Origin: Candidatus Micrarchaeota archaeon
GTDB lineage: Archaea > Micrarchaeota > Micrarchaeia > Anstonellales > Bilamarchaeaceae
Assembly: GCA_040753215.1 (NCBI GenBank)
Contig: JBFMEZ010000025.1
Coordinates: forward strand, 74,440-138,439
Length of the DNA stretch: 64,000 bases
Reading direction: 5' to 3'
Shown here piece after piece: positions 37,550 through 46,932 of this stretch. The stretch's first letter is position 1, and each line of letters starts with the position of its first letter. The position numbers were made by a program, and so were the translations under genes. The notes beneath the pieces are model-generated. The model was not told the DNA's origin. It saw only the letters and a program-made list of their open reading frames with translations, and did not search any database.

Positions 37550-38533
37550 ATGGGCGATTATGTTTCCCGCAATGCCAATCCTGTCCTTAAGAGCATAGCG
37601 CCGGTTGTCGAACGTTCGGTGCATGTCCGGATAGACTGGGACCGGTTAAAGCAATTTGCCAGCCGGTTCATGGAAGGCAACATAAGGCACTGGGTGGCAG
37701 CCTCCCACGTCGACCTCTCAGGCATGGGCGCCGATGAGAAACTAGCTTTCCTATTCGTCTTCAATTCGATCAGCTTCAGCTACTGGGGCAGCCCGAAATG
37801 GTCGGTTCCGCTCGAGGGCGTGCCCCAGCGCGGAACCCTCTACATGCTCCACTGCCTGCGCAGGGCGGTGGCCGAAGGGAAGCCCATCCTGAACCCAGAC
37901 TACCTCGCCACAATCCGCAGGGAGGAACTCGCGGAAATCCTGAAAGGAACCCCTGAAATCCCTCTTCTCGACGCGCGCAACAATATACTCCGGCAGCTGG
38001 GCAGCGTGACCGCCACCGGCTGGGGCGGCAAATTTTCAAATTACCTGGAAGCCGCATGTGGGGATGCGGTGGACCTCCTACTGGTCATTGAACACGCCCT
38101 GCCGTCTTTCTGGGATGAGCCATGTTACGGAAATGATGGCGTGAGGGTTTTCTTCTACAAGCGCGCCCAGCTTCTGGTTTCAGATATCCATGCAGTATTC
38201 AACGGCGAGGGATACGGTGATTTAGTGCGCACCGAAAAACTGACCGCATGCGCCGACTATATTCTCCCCATGGTTCTCAGGCACCATGGCATACTCGTGT
38301 ACAGCCCTGTTCTCGCGGATGTTGTCGATAACGGAGTTGAGGTCAAAAACGGCAGCGATGAAGAAATCGAGATAAGGGCCAACACCGTATTTGCGGTAGA
38401 ACTGCTAAAGAGCGAGCTTCTTGGGAGGTTTCCGGGCATAACCTCCATGCAACTGAACGATTATCTCTGGCTCTCAAGAACAAGGCTTCCAGAAGGCGTG
38501 AAACATCATCTCACAAGGACAACTGCCTACTGA
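37550..38533 (+). CDS. Queuosine salvage family protein (DUF2419/Qng1-like)
   Basis: FNSISFSYW, FYKRAQLLVSD, LTACADY.LP.VLR..GIL.YS, EIEIRA, HHLTRTTAY. Confidence 0.85.
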   Translation: MGDYVSRNANPVLKSIAPVVERSVHVRIDWDRLKQFASRFMEGNIRHWVAASHVDLSGMGADEKLAFLFVFNSISFSYWGSPKWSVPLEGVPQRGTLYMLHCLRRAVAEGKPILNPDYLATIRREELAEILKGTPEIPLLDARNNILRQLGSVTATGWGGKFSNYLEAACGDAVDLLLVIEHALPSFWDEPCYGNDGVRVFFYKRAQLLVSDIHAVFNGEGYGDLVRTEKLTACADYILPMVLRHHGILVYSPVLADVVDNGVEVKNGSDEEIEIRANTVFAVELLKSELLGRFPGITSMQLNDYLWLSRTRLPEGVKHHLTRTTAY

Positions 38534-38569
38534 AACTGGAAACCGAGAACTGGATGCTGAAAACTGATT

Positions 38570-38640
38570 TGCGGCCGCCGGGATTTGAACCCGGGTCGCC
38601 AGATTGGCAATCTGGAATCCTACCGCTAGACTACGGCCGC
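38570..38640 (-). tRNA. tRNA-Gly(GCC)
   Basis: CCAGA-TTGCCAA-TCTGG anticodon arm; body nearly identical to tRNA-Gly(TCC). Confidence 0.95.
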
Positions 38641-38768
38641 TCCAAGAGGAAGGGGGAGCGCCCCCTTCTCTCTAGGGTACTCATAACCCCCCATCAATTG
38701 CGGGGCTGTGAATTCATTCTGACCCCCTCCCACTTCACTTTGCAATGCTTTACTCGTACTCCTTACGC
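38641..38768 (-). mobile_element. Gene-end element (variant A') abutting tRNA-Gly position 1
   Basis: GCGTAAGGAGTACG...GTGAAGTGGGAGGGGGTCAGAATGAA...GAAGGGGGCGCTCCCCCTTC..TTGGA|GCGGCC. Confidence 0.8.
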
Positions 38769-38853
38769 ATAGGGGCGTGCATCTCTTCTAACCGAAGAGC
38801 ATTCCTATTTTCCAATAAAACCTTTTATTAACTTTCTTGCAGCAATTTGCTCC

Positions 38854-39924
38854 GTGAATTCTGTCCATATAATCGGCGCAGGGCCTGCTGGCGCAGTCGC
38901 CGCAATCTCAGCCCTCCGCGAGGGTCACAGAGTAGAAATGAGCGAGGAGCACCCTACTCCCGGCTTTCCTGTTGACTGCTCCGGCCTTGTTTCTAGGGAA
39001 GGCCTGGAATCCCTCTCCGGCCTGGTTGATTACAGGAACCACACCATCAACCCAATTCACGGCGCAATCCTGGATTTCTCCGGCCACACCCTCAGGATAG
39101 ATGCTAGGAAGCCGGTCGCATTCGTAATCAACCGCGCTTCCTTCGACCTCTCCCTCTCCAAAAAGGCCGAATCCGAAGGCGCAAGATTAATCTGCAATGA
39201 GCGCATCTCCTCCCAATTCCGCGGCGATTCCATAATAGGCGCAGACGGCCCCAATTCATCAGTCGCTTCCCATTTCCAATTCCCGCAAATCCGCCGCTTC
39301 GTCCTCACCGCCCGCTGCACCGTAAAATATGATGGGGAAAATCCCCATTCCATCCGCGCCTACCTCTCCAACAAGCTCTCTCCCGGCTTCTTCTCCTGGC
39401 TCATCCCCCACAATGAGGAATACGCGGAAATGGGAACGGGTGTCCTCCTTCCCAAAAACCCACTCCCGTCCCTCCATTCCCTCTCCAGAAGAACAGGAAT
39501 CCCGCTCCCAAAGGAAATCCGCTTCGCCCTTATCCCTCTCGAATGCAGGAAGAAAACCTCCCTCCGCTCCGCAGGAAAATCCGTCCTTCTCGCAGGAGAT
39601 GCAGCCGGCCAGGTAAAATCCACCACCGGAGGAGGGGTCTTCTTCGGAACCTCCTGCGCCCGCCTCGCGGGAAGGCATGCATTCTTCCCCGAAGTATACG
39701 AGAAGGAATGGAGAGCCCTGCACGGGAAAGACCTGCGCCTCCACAAATTTGCCCATCGCCTCTACGGCCTGCTCCCCGACCCGCCCATGAACCTCGCAGG
39801 GAAAGCCCTCTCTTTCTTCAAAGTGGAGAGATACCTGGAGGAAAGGGGGCAGATGGACAGGCCGACGGAAATCCTCCGCCCTTCCCTCCTGGGGCACACC
39901 TTCTCCTCGCTGATGCAAAAATAG
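38854..39924 (+). CDS. Geranylgeranyl reductase family FAD oxidoreductase
   Basis: IIGAGPAG, CSGLVS, IIGADG, GDAAGQVKSTTGGG. Confidence 0.85.
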   Translation: MNSVHIIGAGPAGAVAAISALREGHRVEMSEEHPTPGFPVDCSGLVSREGLESLSGLVDYRNHTINPIHGAILDFSGHTLRIDARKPVAFVINRASFDLSLSKKAESEGARLICNERISSQFRGDSIIGADGPNSSVASHFQFPQIRRFVLTARCTVKYDGENPHSIRAYLSNKLSPGFFSWLIPHNEEYAEMGTGVLLPKNPLPSLHSLSRRTGIPLPKEIRFALIPLECRKKTSLRSAGKSVLLAGDAAGQVKSTTGGGVFFGTSCARLAGRHAFFPEVYEKEWRALHGKDLRLHKFAHRLYGLLPDPPMNLAGKALSFFKVERYLEERGQMDRPTEILRPSLLGHTFSSLMQK

Positions 39925-39973
39925 CAATATTTATAAACAACCTCGAACCCACTATTCCCGCACAAGGTGGCGT

Positions 39974-40474
39974 ATGATAATCCGGTATGAACAGACGAAA
40001 TCAAAGGAAGAGCAGCCGGAGCACAACGGCTTCCCCCACCTTCCGCAGTATACGCTCCCGATGCTGCCCCACCACTACGAAGAGCTCCCGCGCCACCACA
40101 AGGACCAGGTCGTCTGGTCCTACGTCCCCTGGATAAGGGAATCGCGCACAGATTTCTACGAAATCCTCGCCCTGCCGCAGGAGGAGCGCCTCAGGATATA
40201 CGAGCGCATAGTGCTCGGCCACAGCGTGAACATAGCCGGTGAGGTCGCCCGGGTCGAGCTGAAGAGCCCCAAGACAGGCAGGGTAACCCGCTCCACGGAG
40301 AGGGACGTGAGGAAGGTCATCTCCTATATAGAGGAAAACCCGGACATAAAGGCCGAGCAGCTCGTCGGCTACGTCCAGCCTAAGGTTTTCAGCCGCCTCA
40401 TGCTATACATAAAATTCTCCGGGAACAACCAGGCGTCGCTCAGGAAATTCTTCGAAGGGCTCCTGAAGGAATAA
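39974..40474 (+). CDS. Hypothetical protein
   Basis: 166-aa ORF, TTTATAAA upstream, host-like codon usage. Confidence 0.7.
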   Translation: MIIRYEQTKSKEEQPEHNGFPHLPQYTLPMLPHHYEELPRHHKDQVVWSYVPWIRESRTDFYEILALPQEERLRIYERIVLGHSVNIAGEVARVELKSPKTGRVTRSTERDVRKVISYIEENPDIKAEQLVGYVQPKVFSRLMLYIKFSGNNQASLRKFFEGLLKE

Positions 40475-40511
40475 GTAGCTTTCTCTTCAAATCAATCCAT
40501 CTGGTGCATCT

Positions 40512-40790
40512 ATGGAATATATCATACTCTCACCCTGCACAACCGCAAAGACCCGGGAACTCCGCATGCGCGGCAGGATAGACATCCGCAAGGCGGAGAA
40601 AGCCCTCCCCCCGGAAGCTGATATCCTCGCGTTCACAGAAGTGTTCCTTTCCCTCGCCTACAAGGGAAAACCCTTCTCCCTCTACCCCTCCGGAAAGATA
40701 ATAGTGAAGGATTCGGAGGCGGAAGAGGCGAAGTCCCTTCTGAAGGAGATGTTCTCCCTTTTAGAGAGAAAAGGGTGCCTGAGTGAGTAG
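40512..40790 (+). CDS. Small hypothetical protein
   Basis: 92-aa ORF in an operon-like position, FSLYPSGKIIVK. Confidence 0.65.
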   Translation: MEYIILSPCTTAKTRELRMRGRIDIRKAEKALPPEADILAFTEVFLSLAYKGKPFSLYPSGKIIVKDSEAEEAKSLLKEMFSLLERKGCLSE

Positions 40791-41538
40791 CCAGTCCCCC
40801 GTTTCCACATCGCTTCGCGATGACTCCATGTTGCCTCGGCAACAACTGGCGAAGTTCTGCGGAACTTCACCATGGCAGAAACCTTCCGGGTTTCCGCCAT
40901 CCAGTTTCCCGAAGCTAAACATTGACTTCCACGTGCACACCTCCTTCTCTTCGGATGGAAGGATAAAATTAGCTGAACTCGCCTCCCTTTCCAAACAATT
41001 CGGAATAATCCCCGCCCTCACCGACCACAACAACATGGATGCCTGCTCCCCCTTCAAAAAATTCGAAATCCCCTTCATCCCCGGAGAGGAAATCCGCGTT
41101 GCACAGGGCGATTTCATAGGCCTCTTCCTCTCCGAGCCGATTCCTGAAGGGATAGATTTCTACGAAGCCCTCGACTTAATCCGTGCGCAGGGAGCCCTCG
41201 CTTATGTCCCGCACATGTTCGACGCACTCCGCCCCGGAGTAGTAAAGGAGGAATACGGAAAAGCCGCAGACATAATAGAAGTATTCAACGCCCGCTCCTT
41301 CGCCCGCTTCGACAGGCAGGCAGAAGAATTCGCCAAAAGGGAAGGCAAATTAATGGCGGCAGGAAGCGACGCCCACTTCCCGTTCGAATTCGGGCACACT
41401 TATACCGAATTAAGCCTCACCCCAGACCAACTGGAACCCAAATCTCTTCTCCGCGCTTTAAAGAATGCGAGAATAGCAGGAAAGCGCACTTCTTTTCTCA
41501 AGAGGAAAATAGCGAAATATACCGGAATCTACATCTAA
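40783..41538 (+). CDS. PHP-domain protein with repeat-derived N-terminal extension
   Basis: IDFHVHTSFSSDG, LTDHN, PGEE, IEVFNAR, AGSDAH. Confidence 0.85.
   Translation: MSSQSPVSTSLRDDSMLPRQQLAKFCGTSPWQKPSGFPPSSFPKLNIDFHVHTSFSSDGRIKLAELASLSKQFGIIPALTDHNNMDACSPFKKFEIPFIPGEEIRVAQGDFIGLFLSEPIPEGIDFYEALDLIRAQGALAYVPHMFDALRPGVVKEEYGKAADIIEVFNARSFARFDRQAEEFAKREGKLMAAGSDAHFPFEFGHTYTELSLTPDQLEPKSLLRALKNARIAGKRTSFLKRKIAKYTGIYI
40795..40910. repeat. Four-hairpin repeat, in frame in the PHP gene
   Basis: Near-identical to 8341-8460 and 59437-59570. Confidence 0.9.
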
Positions 41539-42438
41539 AGGAACTCCCTAATCGGGTTCAGCATCCTCTCTTCTATCGCAGAAATATATTTGTGGTTCCC
41601 AATCACATGCCCGAATTTGGTCTTTACCCCGCTTATGAACCTGTGCAGCTCAGCCGTATTCTCCACAATCACATCCACCTCAATGTCCCAGCTCCCTATG
41701 CACTTGTTCAGGAACACCACATTATCATGCTCAAGGCAGAAGCCCAGGAACTCCTTCTCCTTTTCTCTCGTAATGCTTCTAAAGTTTATCAAAATCTTAT
41801 AGTACTCAAACCCCATCCTCTTCGCATCAAACCACGCCGTATACCCAAGTATGAACCCCTCTCTAGTAAGCCGGTCCATCCTATACCTCACCGCATCAGG
41901 GGTGAGCCCAACCTTCCCAGCCAAATCCACCGTCGTCGCCCTCGCATCCCCATACAATGAAGCCAGTATCTTCATATCCGTTTCATCCCGCTTCTCTGCC
42001 TCCACCACCCTCTCCAGCGGGAACTCCGGGTGCCTCTCCCCTCCCACCGCCCTGTTCCACGATAAATATGTCTGGTACGTAGTAGTGACGACCGTCTTCT
42101 CCACAATCCTCGCCCCAAACCTTTCCGTCATCATATTTATCGCATCCTCCACCTCCTTCTCGTCCCTCGCTACAATCCTCCACAGCACGTCATACGCCCC
42201 CTCGCATACCACCCCCCAGAGCGTCCGCTTGTAGGATTCGAACAGCGCCACCACCTCCTTCTCCGCCTTCTCATCGAACACGTCAAATCTCAGGTAAATC
42301 CTGTATGCCTTGAAGCCCAGCTTCGCAAGGTTGACGTCAGCAAACAGCAGCGATATTGTGCCCGCCTCTCTGAGCTGCCTCATCCTCCGCTCCACTGCGC
42401 TGCTGCTCATCGGGGCGGTAATCCAGATGCTTTGACAT
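41535..42438 (-). pseudogene. Tandem-domain Lrp/AsnC regulator, first HTH apparently damaged
   Basis: Two AsnC units; plausible start MSKHLD at 42438 is out of frame with the body, which begins at the recognition helix MSSSAVERRMRQL. Confidence 0.55.
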
Positions 42439-42613
42439 TTTCTTTCTTTTATTTTTTCTGCATTATAATGCATAAAAATATGCAAAATTGTTTCGATGCT
42501 TTCCACCAATTGATACGCATTCTATTAAATCAATTTGAACAAATGACCATCAAAATATGAAATCAATTTTATAAAATGCATATATTTAAAAGGAATTAGC
42601 CCGTAATACTTAC

Positions 42614-43816
42614 ATGGACCAGGAACTCATTGAACTCAACAACGAAGCAAAAAAGGAAGGCAAAAAATACGCAAAAAAAAGGTTCATCTACCCGAAAATA
42701 GCCGCAGGGCTGGCGGAGCGCGAACACACTGCCCTCGTTGGCCCGAGGGGCGCGGGGAAGACAATCCTGCTTAAGCAGCTTCTTGCGGGCAACGAAAGCG
42801 CATTCTATGTTTCACTGGACACCTCAAGGATAGAAGGCGGGCTGTTCAGGCTTGCAAAAGAGCTATCGGATTCCGGCATCAAGCTGCTCCTTCTGGACGA
42901 GATACACGGCTATCCCGGCTACGATTTGGAGCTCAAGAGGATTTACGATTTCCTGGGAATCAAGATTGTCTTGACCAGTTCTTCTGCCCTTACCCTCCAC
43001 GAGCTGGCGGCCGACCTCTCCAGGAGGATGCGCATCATAAAAATCAGGCCGTTCTCCTTCAGGGAATACCTGTTCTTCCAGAACGATGAGCTGCTGGAGC
43101 CCCTCAGCTTCGTGCAGTTATCCGATGAGAAATCTTCACGGGAATATCTGGGCAGAGCCCTCCATGCTGAACCCCGCCTGGAAGAATACATGAAGGGAAG
43201 GAATTATCCGCTGGCGCTCGGGAGGCAGGATTTCCTGCCGTTGTTCAGGAACATCCTTGAAACAGTCATAAACAGGGACCTGATCAGGACAGGGAAGGTC
43301 AGCCACGACGAAACCCTCCATATCGCCAGGCTCGTGGCATATCTCGGCAAATCCCATCCGGAGGATATGAACTACACATCCATTGCAAAGAACATAGGCA
43401 TAAGCAGGCATATGGCCGAAAAATACGTGGGTCTGCTGGAAAAGGCATTCGTGTTGCATGTGGTGCCGCCGGAAGGGCAGGGCGTCATGAAGGAGCCCAA
43501 GGTGCTCATTGCCCTCCCGTACCGCCTCCTCTATCGCCCATACGAGGAGTGCATCGGAGCCCTGCGCGAGGACTTTTTCGTCGATTCTGCCGTCTGGCTC
43601 GGCTTCGGCCCAAAATATCTCAAAACCAACCGTGGGGAAAAAACCCCGGACTATGCGATTGACGATACGGTTTTTGAAATAGGAGGACCAGGCAAGGGGC
43701 ATTCCCAGTTCAAGGGGTTCGCACTGAAGAGGAAGATAATACTGACACATCCCGGAATGCTTGATGCAATGCGCCGGCCACTATTCTTCATGGGCTTGCT
43801 GGAAGAAGGGCAGTGA
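42614..43816 (+). CDS. AAA_14-type ATPase
   Basis: GPRGAGKT, LLDEIH, TSSS, DLSRR, PFSFREY. Confidence 0.85.
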   Translation: MDQELIELNNEAKKEGKKYAKKRFIYPKIAAGLAEREHTALVGPRGAGKTILLKQLLAGNESAFYVSLDTSRIEGGLFRLAKELSDSGIKLLLLDEIHGYPGYDLELKRIYDFLGIKIVLTSSSALTLHELAADLSRRMRIIKIRPFSFREYLFFQNDELLEPLSFVQLSDEKSSREYLGRALHAEPRLEEYMKGRNYPLALGRQDFLPLFRNILETVINRDLIRTGKVSHDETLHIARLVAYLGKSHPEDMNYTSIAKNIGISRHMAEKYVGLLEKAFVLHVVPPEGQGVMKEPKVLIALPYRLLYRPYEECIGALREDFFVDSAVWLGFGPKYLKTNRGEKTPDYAIDDTVFEIGGPGKGHSQFKGFALKRKIILTHPGMLDAMRRPLFFMGLLEEGQ

Positions 43817-43923
43817 CCAGGGAAGATATCCGCAGATTTGCAGCCTCAGATTGTCGGTTATGGAAGGAAAAAATCCGCAAAAGTTTCCTTCCATGTTAGA
43901 CGCCTTATAGCATCGTTTTTCAC

Positions 43924-44122
43924 TGAACCTCCACGGCTCGGTCACACCTTGTAGTCGCCTGCGTGGCGGCGATAGGTCTGCCTAGCCATTGGGTGCGGCT
44001 ACAAGGTGTGAGGAAGCCTCGGCATTTATGCCGGGGAGGAGAGCCGAGGCTTCCTCTAAAGGCAGCAGGAATACATCTGCCCTTTATCTACGAAGAAGCC
44101 ACGGCCTTTAGTGGAGGTTCAC
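43924..44122 (+). mobile_element. Non-autonomous IS200/IS605-type miniature element, copy 1
   Basis: Starts TGAACCTCCACGGC after TCAC, ends GAAGCCACGGCCTTTA-GTGGAGGTTCAC; several long hairpins; near-identical to 46123-46325. Confidence 0.75.
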
Positions 44123-44186
44123 AAAACGCTTATTTAAGAAGATACCATTAATCGCAAAAACGATAAATGACTCGGTCCGACGATGA

Positions 44187-44882
44187 CTATTTTTCTCCAA
44201 CCACAATCGCAAAATTAGCTAAAGGTGGCACCAGCACCCGTGTTTTTCTGAACCCAAACCCATCCATAATCTTCTTCAGCTCAAGTGGGCAGATAGGGTA
44301 TTCCTTCGGATGCTTTTCCTGGTACTCCTTGCTCATGCCTTTCAGCGCCTGCGCCCAGCTCCGGTCGAATTCTCTTGCCCTTTTTGGATTCTTCTTTCTT
44401 AATCTCCAAACTTTTTCCTTATACTCGCTACTGGGCTTAAACCAGTCCCCTATCACCAGTCTTCCGCCTTCACGAAGAGACTTCCGTATCCGGGAAATAA
44501 CAGCCGCCTTATTCTTCACGTGATGAAAAGCGAGGTTGGAAACCACATAATCTGCACGCCCGCCGAACCCCTCTATCGGAGAAGCTTTGAATTTCATATT
44601 CTTAATTCCAGCAACCCTAACCTTCCCCATTGCTACCTTCATCATGCCTTTGGAAACATCCACGCAAGTTACCTGCGCCTTCGGCTTCCTCTCCGCAAGC
44701 CTTATGGCAAGCCCTCCACTCCCGGCTCCCAGGTCCGCCACCCTGCATTTCCGGTCCGGAACCTCCCTTATTATGTTGTCCACAAGCCATCTGTAAAACA
44801 AGTATTGGTACCTGTCCTGCTCTTCGTACTCTTTCGCGTATTTATCGAAGAACTCCTTTGCCTTTTTCACAATCAAAACCAC
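44187..44882 (-). CDS. Class I SAM-dependent methyltransferase
   Basis: VADLGAGSG, VDVS, DYVVSNLAFHH, LREGGRLVIGD. Confidence 0.9.
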   Translation of the reverse strand: MVLIVKKAKEFFDKYAKEYEEQDRYQYLFYRWLVDNIIREVPDRKCRVADLGAGSGGLAIRLAERKPKAQVTCVDVSKGMMKVAMGKVRVAGIKNMKFKASPIEGFGGRADYVVSNLAFHHVKNKAAVISRIRKSLREGGRLVIGDWFKPSSEYKEKVWRLRKKNPKRAREFDRSWAQALKGMSKEYQEKHPKEYPICPLELKKIMDGFGFRKTRVLVPPLANFAIVVGEK

Positions 44883-44947
44883 TTATCCAAAGTCCGCTGG
44901 CTCCGCGTCTCCTTCACGTTGCTCATCATCCCTTCCAGCGCCTTCTC

Positions 44948-45016
44948 CCGGAAAAACGCGGGGAACCCAGGTTCCCCCCATTTTTACCGTTTATTCTGAC
45001 CCCCTCCTAACGGTTT
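44948..45016 (-). mobile_element. Gene-end element (variant A) between two copies of the FEN1 3' end
   Basis: GGAGGGGGTCAGAATAAA...GGGGGGAACCTGGGTTCCCCGCGTTTTTCCGG|GAG; displaced 25-codon tail at 44873-44947. Confidence 0.9.
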
Positions 45017-46054
45017 TCAGAGCCACTTATCCAATGTTCGTTGGCTTCTTGTTTCTTTTACATTGCTTAGCATTCCCTCTAAAGCTCTTTCTACCCTCTC
45101 CCTTGAGAAATCGTGCTCCTCCACCAACAATTCTATTACTCCCTCCCTGCTCGCCTTCCCCCACCCCAGCTCTCCGACCTCCTTCACTGGCGGGCTCATG
45201 AAAAAACCGAAAATCGCCTCCACATCCTCAGGAAACTCATATCCCTTCTCCTTCTTCAAATATGCCCTCACCTTCTCCAGCGTATCATTCTCTTTCACAA
45301 TCTTCAGACCGGTTTTCGGCCCAATCCCCCGCACCCCTTCATTGAAATCCGTTCCCACAAGAATCCCAATCAAAATCAATTGCTCCCTCTTCAGCCCAAG
45401 CGCCTTCAGCGTCTCTTCCAGCTCCACCCTCTCAATCTCTATATCTATGAACCTATTCTGCTTCGGCACCTTCCTTTTCCCGGTAATGGACAAATTCCTC
45501 AAAAGCACCGGCGACCCAAATAGAACCGAATCATAATCCTGCGATGCGGCCGCATAGCAAAGCCCTGTCCCCACCATCCACGCTGCCTGCGCCTCCCCTT
45601 CAGAGGGCGCCTGCACCCAGGGAATCCCCATCAGTGAAAGCAGCCTCTTCCCCTCATCCACCATCTCCTTGGTGAGCCGCGAGCTTGCCTGCGCATATTT
45701 CCTCGCCTCCTCAATTTTCTCCTCCGCAAGCGCCTTCTTCCATTTGTGCTCCGCCTCCCTCCGCACCTCTATCCTTTCCTCTATAGTTTTCCTCTTGAAT
45801 TCCGGCGGAGGCCCGTCAAACACATAAATAGGTTTTATCCCAGCATTCACCAATCTTATGCTCCTGTAAAATAGCCCAGATAAATGCCCGGTCACCCGCC
45901 CCTTCATATCCATTAAGGGCGTCCCGTCCTCCTGCCTTATGGAAGCCAAAAATTGATAGAGTATATTCATCCCATCTATCGCTATGCTCTTTCCCGCAAG
46001 CTCCTCCAGCTCGACCTTGTGCTTAATTGCAAGGTCGCCCAAATCTACTCCCAT
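45017..46054 (-). CDS. fen: Flap endonuclease 1
   Basis: MGV, IDGMNILYQFLASIRQ.DGTPL, APSEGEAQA, GTDFN.G..GIGPK, PIP box QRTLDKW. Confidence 0.95.
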   Translation of the reverse strand: MGVDLGDLAIKHKVELEELAGKSIAIDGMNILYQFLASIRQEDGTPLMDMKGRVTGHLSGLFYRSIRLVNAGIKPIYVFDGPPPEFKRKTIEERIEVRREAEHKWKKALAEEKIEEARKYAQASSRLTKEMVDEGKRLLSLMGIPWVQAPSEGEAQAAWMVGTGLCYAAASQDYDSVLFGSPVLLRNLSITGKRKVPKQNRFIDIEIERVELEETLKALGLKREQLILIGILVGTDFNEGVRGIGPKTGLKIVKENDTLEKVRAYLKKEKGYEFPEDVEAIFGFFMSPPVKEVGELGWGKASREGVIELLVEEHDFSRERVERALEGMLSNVKETRSQRTLDKWL

Positions 46055-46122
46055 CCTAATCCTCGCTTACCTATAATCAGGCATACTTTTATTTCTCTGC
46101 CTGCCGCAGCCGGCAGACTCAC

Positions 46123-46325
46123 TGAACCTCCACGGCTCGGTCACACCTTGTAGTCGCCTGCGTGGCGGCGATAGGTCTGCCTAGCCATTGGGTGCGGCTA
46201 CAAGGTGTGAGGAAGCCTCGGCATTTATGCCGGAGAGGAGAGCCGAGGCTTCCTCTAAAGGCAGCAGGAATACATCTGCCCTTTATCTACGAAGAAGCCA
46301 CGGCCTTTAGGCCGTGGAGGGTCAC
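46123..46325 (+). mobile_element. Non-autonomous IS200/IS605-type miniature element, copy 2
   Basis: Intact right-end hairpin CCACGGCC-TTTA-GGCCGTGG then AGGGTCAC; preceded by TCAC. Confidence 0.75.
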
Positions 46326-46567
46326 AGAACAAGGAACTTCGTTTTAGCCAGCACTTCATGCACTGCTGCAATCTCCATCCTTGACTCTATTGCCTCTATT
46401 TTCTTCCTAATTCTCTCGTACTCCTCCTCTTCTATGAACTCCTCCCCGCATTTGCCGCACACAAACAGGGTCGTGTCCGAAATAACATACCTGCCAAGAA
46501 ACATCCTATTTACTCCGCTAACCTTCTTCATGGAATGCCTGCATTTTGCGCATTTTATGCCGCTCAT
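46322..46567 (-). CDS. YgiT/MqsA-type zinc-finger antitoxin-like protein
   Basis: KCAKC...VCGKCGEEF, coupled to a DUF4258-like gene. Confidence 0.75.
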   Translation of the reverse strand: MSGIKCAKCRHSMKKVSGVNRMFLGRYVISDTTLFVCGKCGEEFIEEEEYERIRKKIEAIESRMEIAAVHEVLAKTKFLVL

Positions 46568-46845
46568 CTTTTCTTCACCTTATGGTACTGTTCCACCTGC
46601 CATCTCGAAGATTCGTATCCTGTGATTATTATAATCCTGTCCTCTTCCTCTTCCAGCACCAATGTATAGTACTTGTCCGCCTTTTGTTTATAAACGCATA
46701 AGGTCGCCCCGCTCACCTTGTCCTCCAGCCGGACGCCCTTCTCAACGATCGCTCTCACTTCCGCTATCGGCATCTTCCTTTCCAAGAGCCTGTCAGCCGC
46801 ATGCTTCGTCATTATCATTCGCTTGTTTCTCATTCTATCCGTCAT
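46564..46845 (-). CDS. DUF4258-like (RelE/BrnT-fold) toxin
   Basis: TKHAADRLLERK...IIITGY. Confidence 0.7.
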   Translation of the reverse strand: MTDRMRNKRMIMTKHAADRLLERKMPIAEVRAIVEKGVRLEDKVSGATLCVYKQKADKYYTLVLEEEEDRIIIITGYESSRWQVEQYHKVKKR

Positions 46846-46932
46846 GAACTTTCTGCCCCAGAATAAAAACATTTGCCAGGTGCGATGCCACTAATCGGTT
46901 CTCAGTTTCCGGCTCCCAGTTTCCAGAACCAT

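Noticed and set aside
43963..44151. 62-aa ORF repeated at 46162-46347
   Set aside because: Incidental frame inside the structured miniature element, not transposase-like
44948..45016. Gene-end elements as spliced mRNA introns
   Set aside because: The upstream gene is already complete with its own stop, and no BHB or group I/II core is visible
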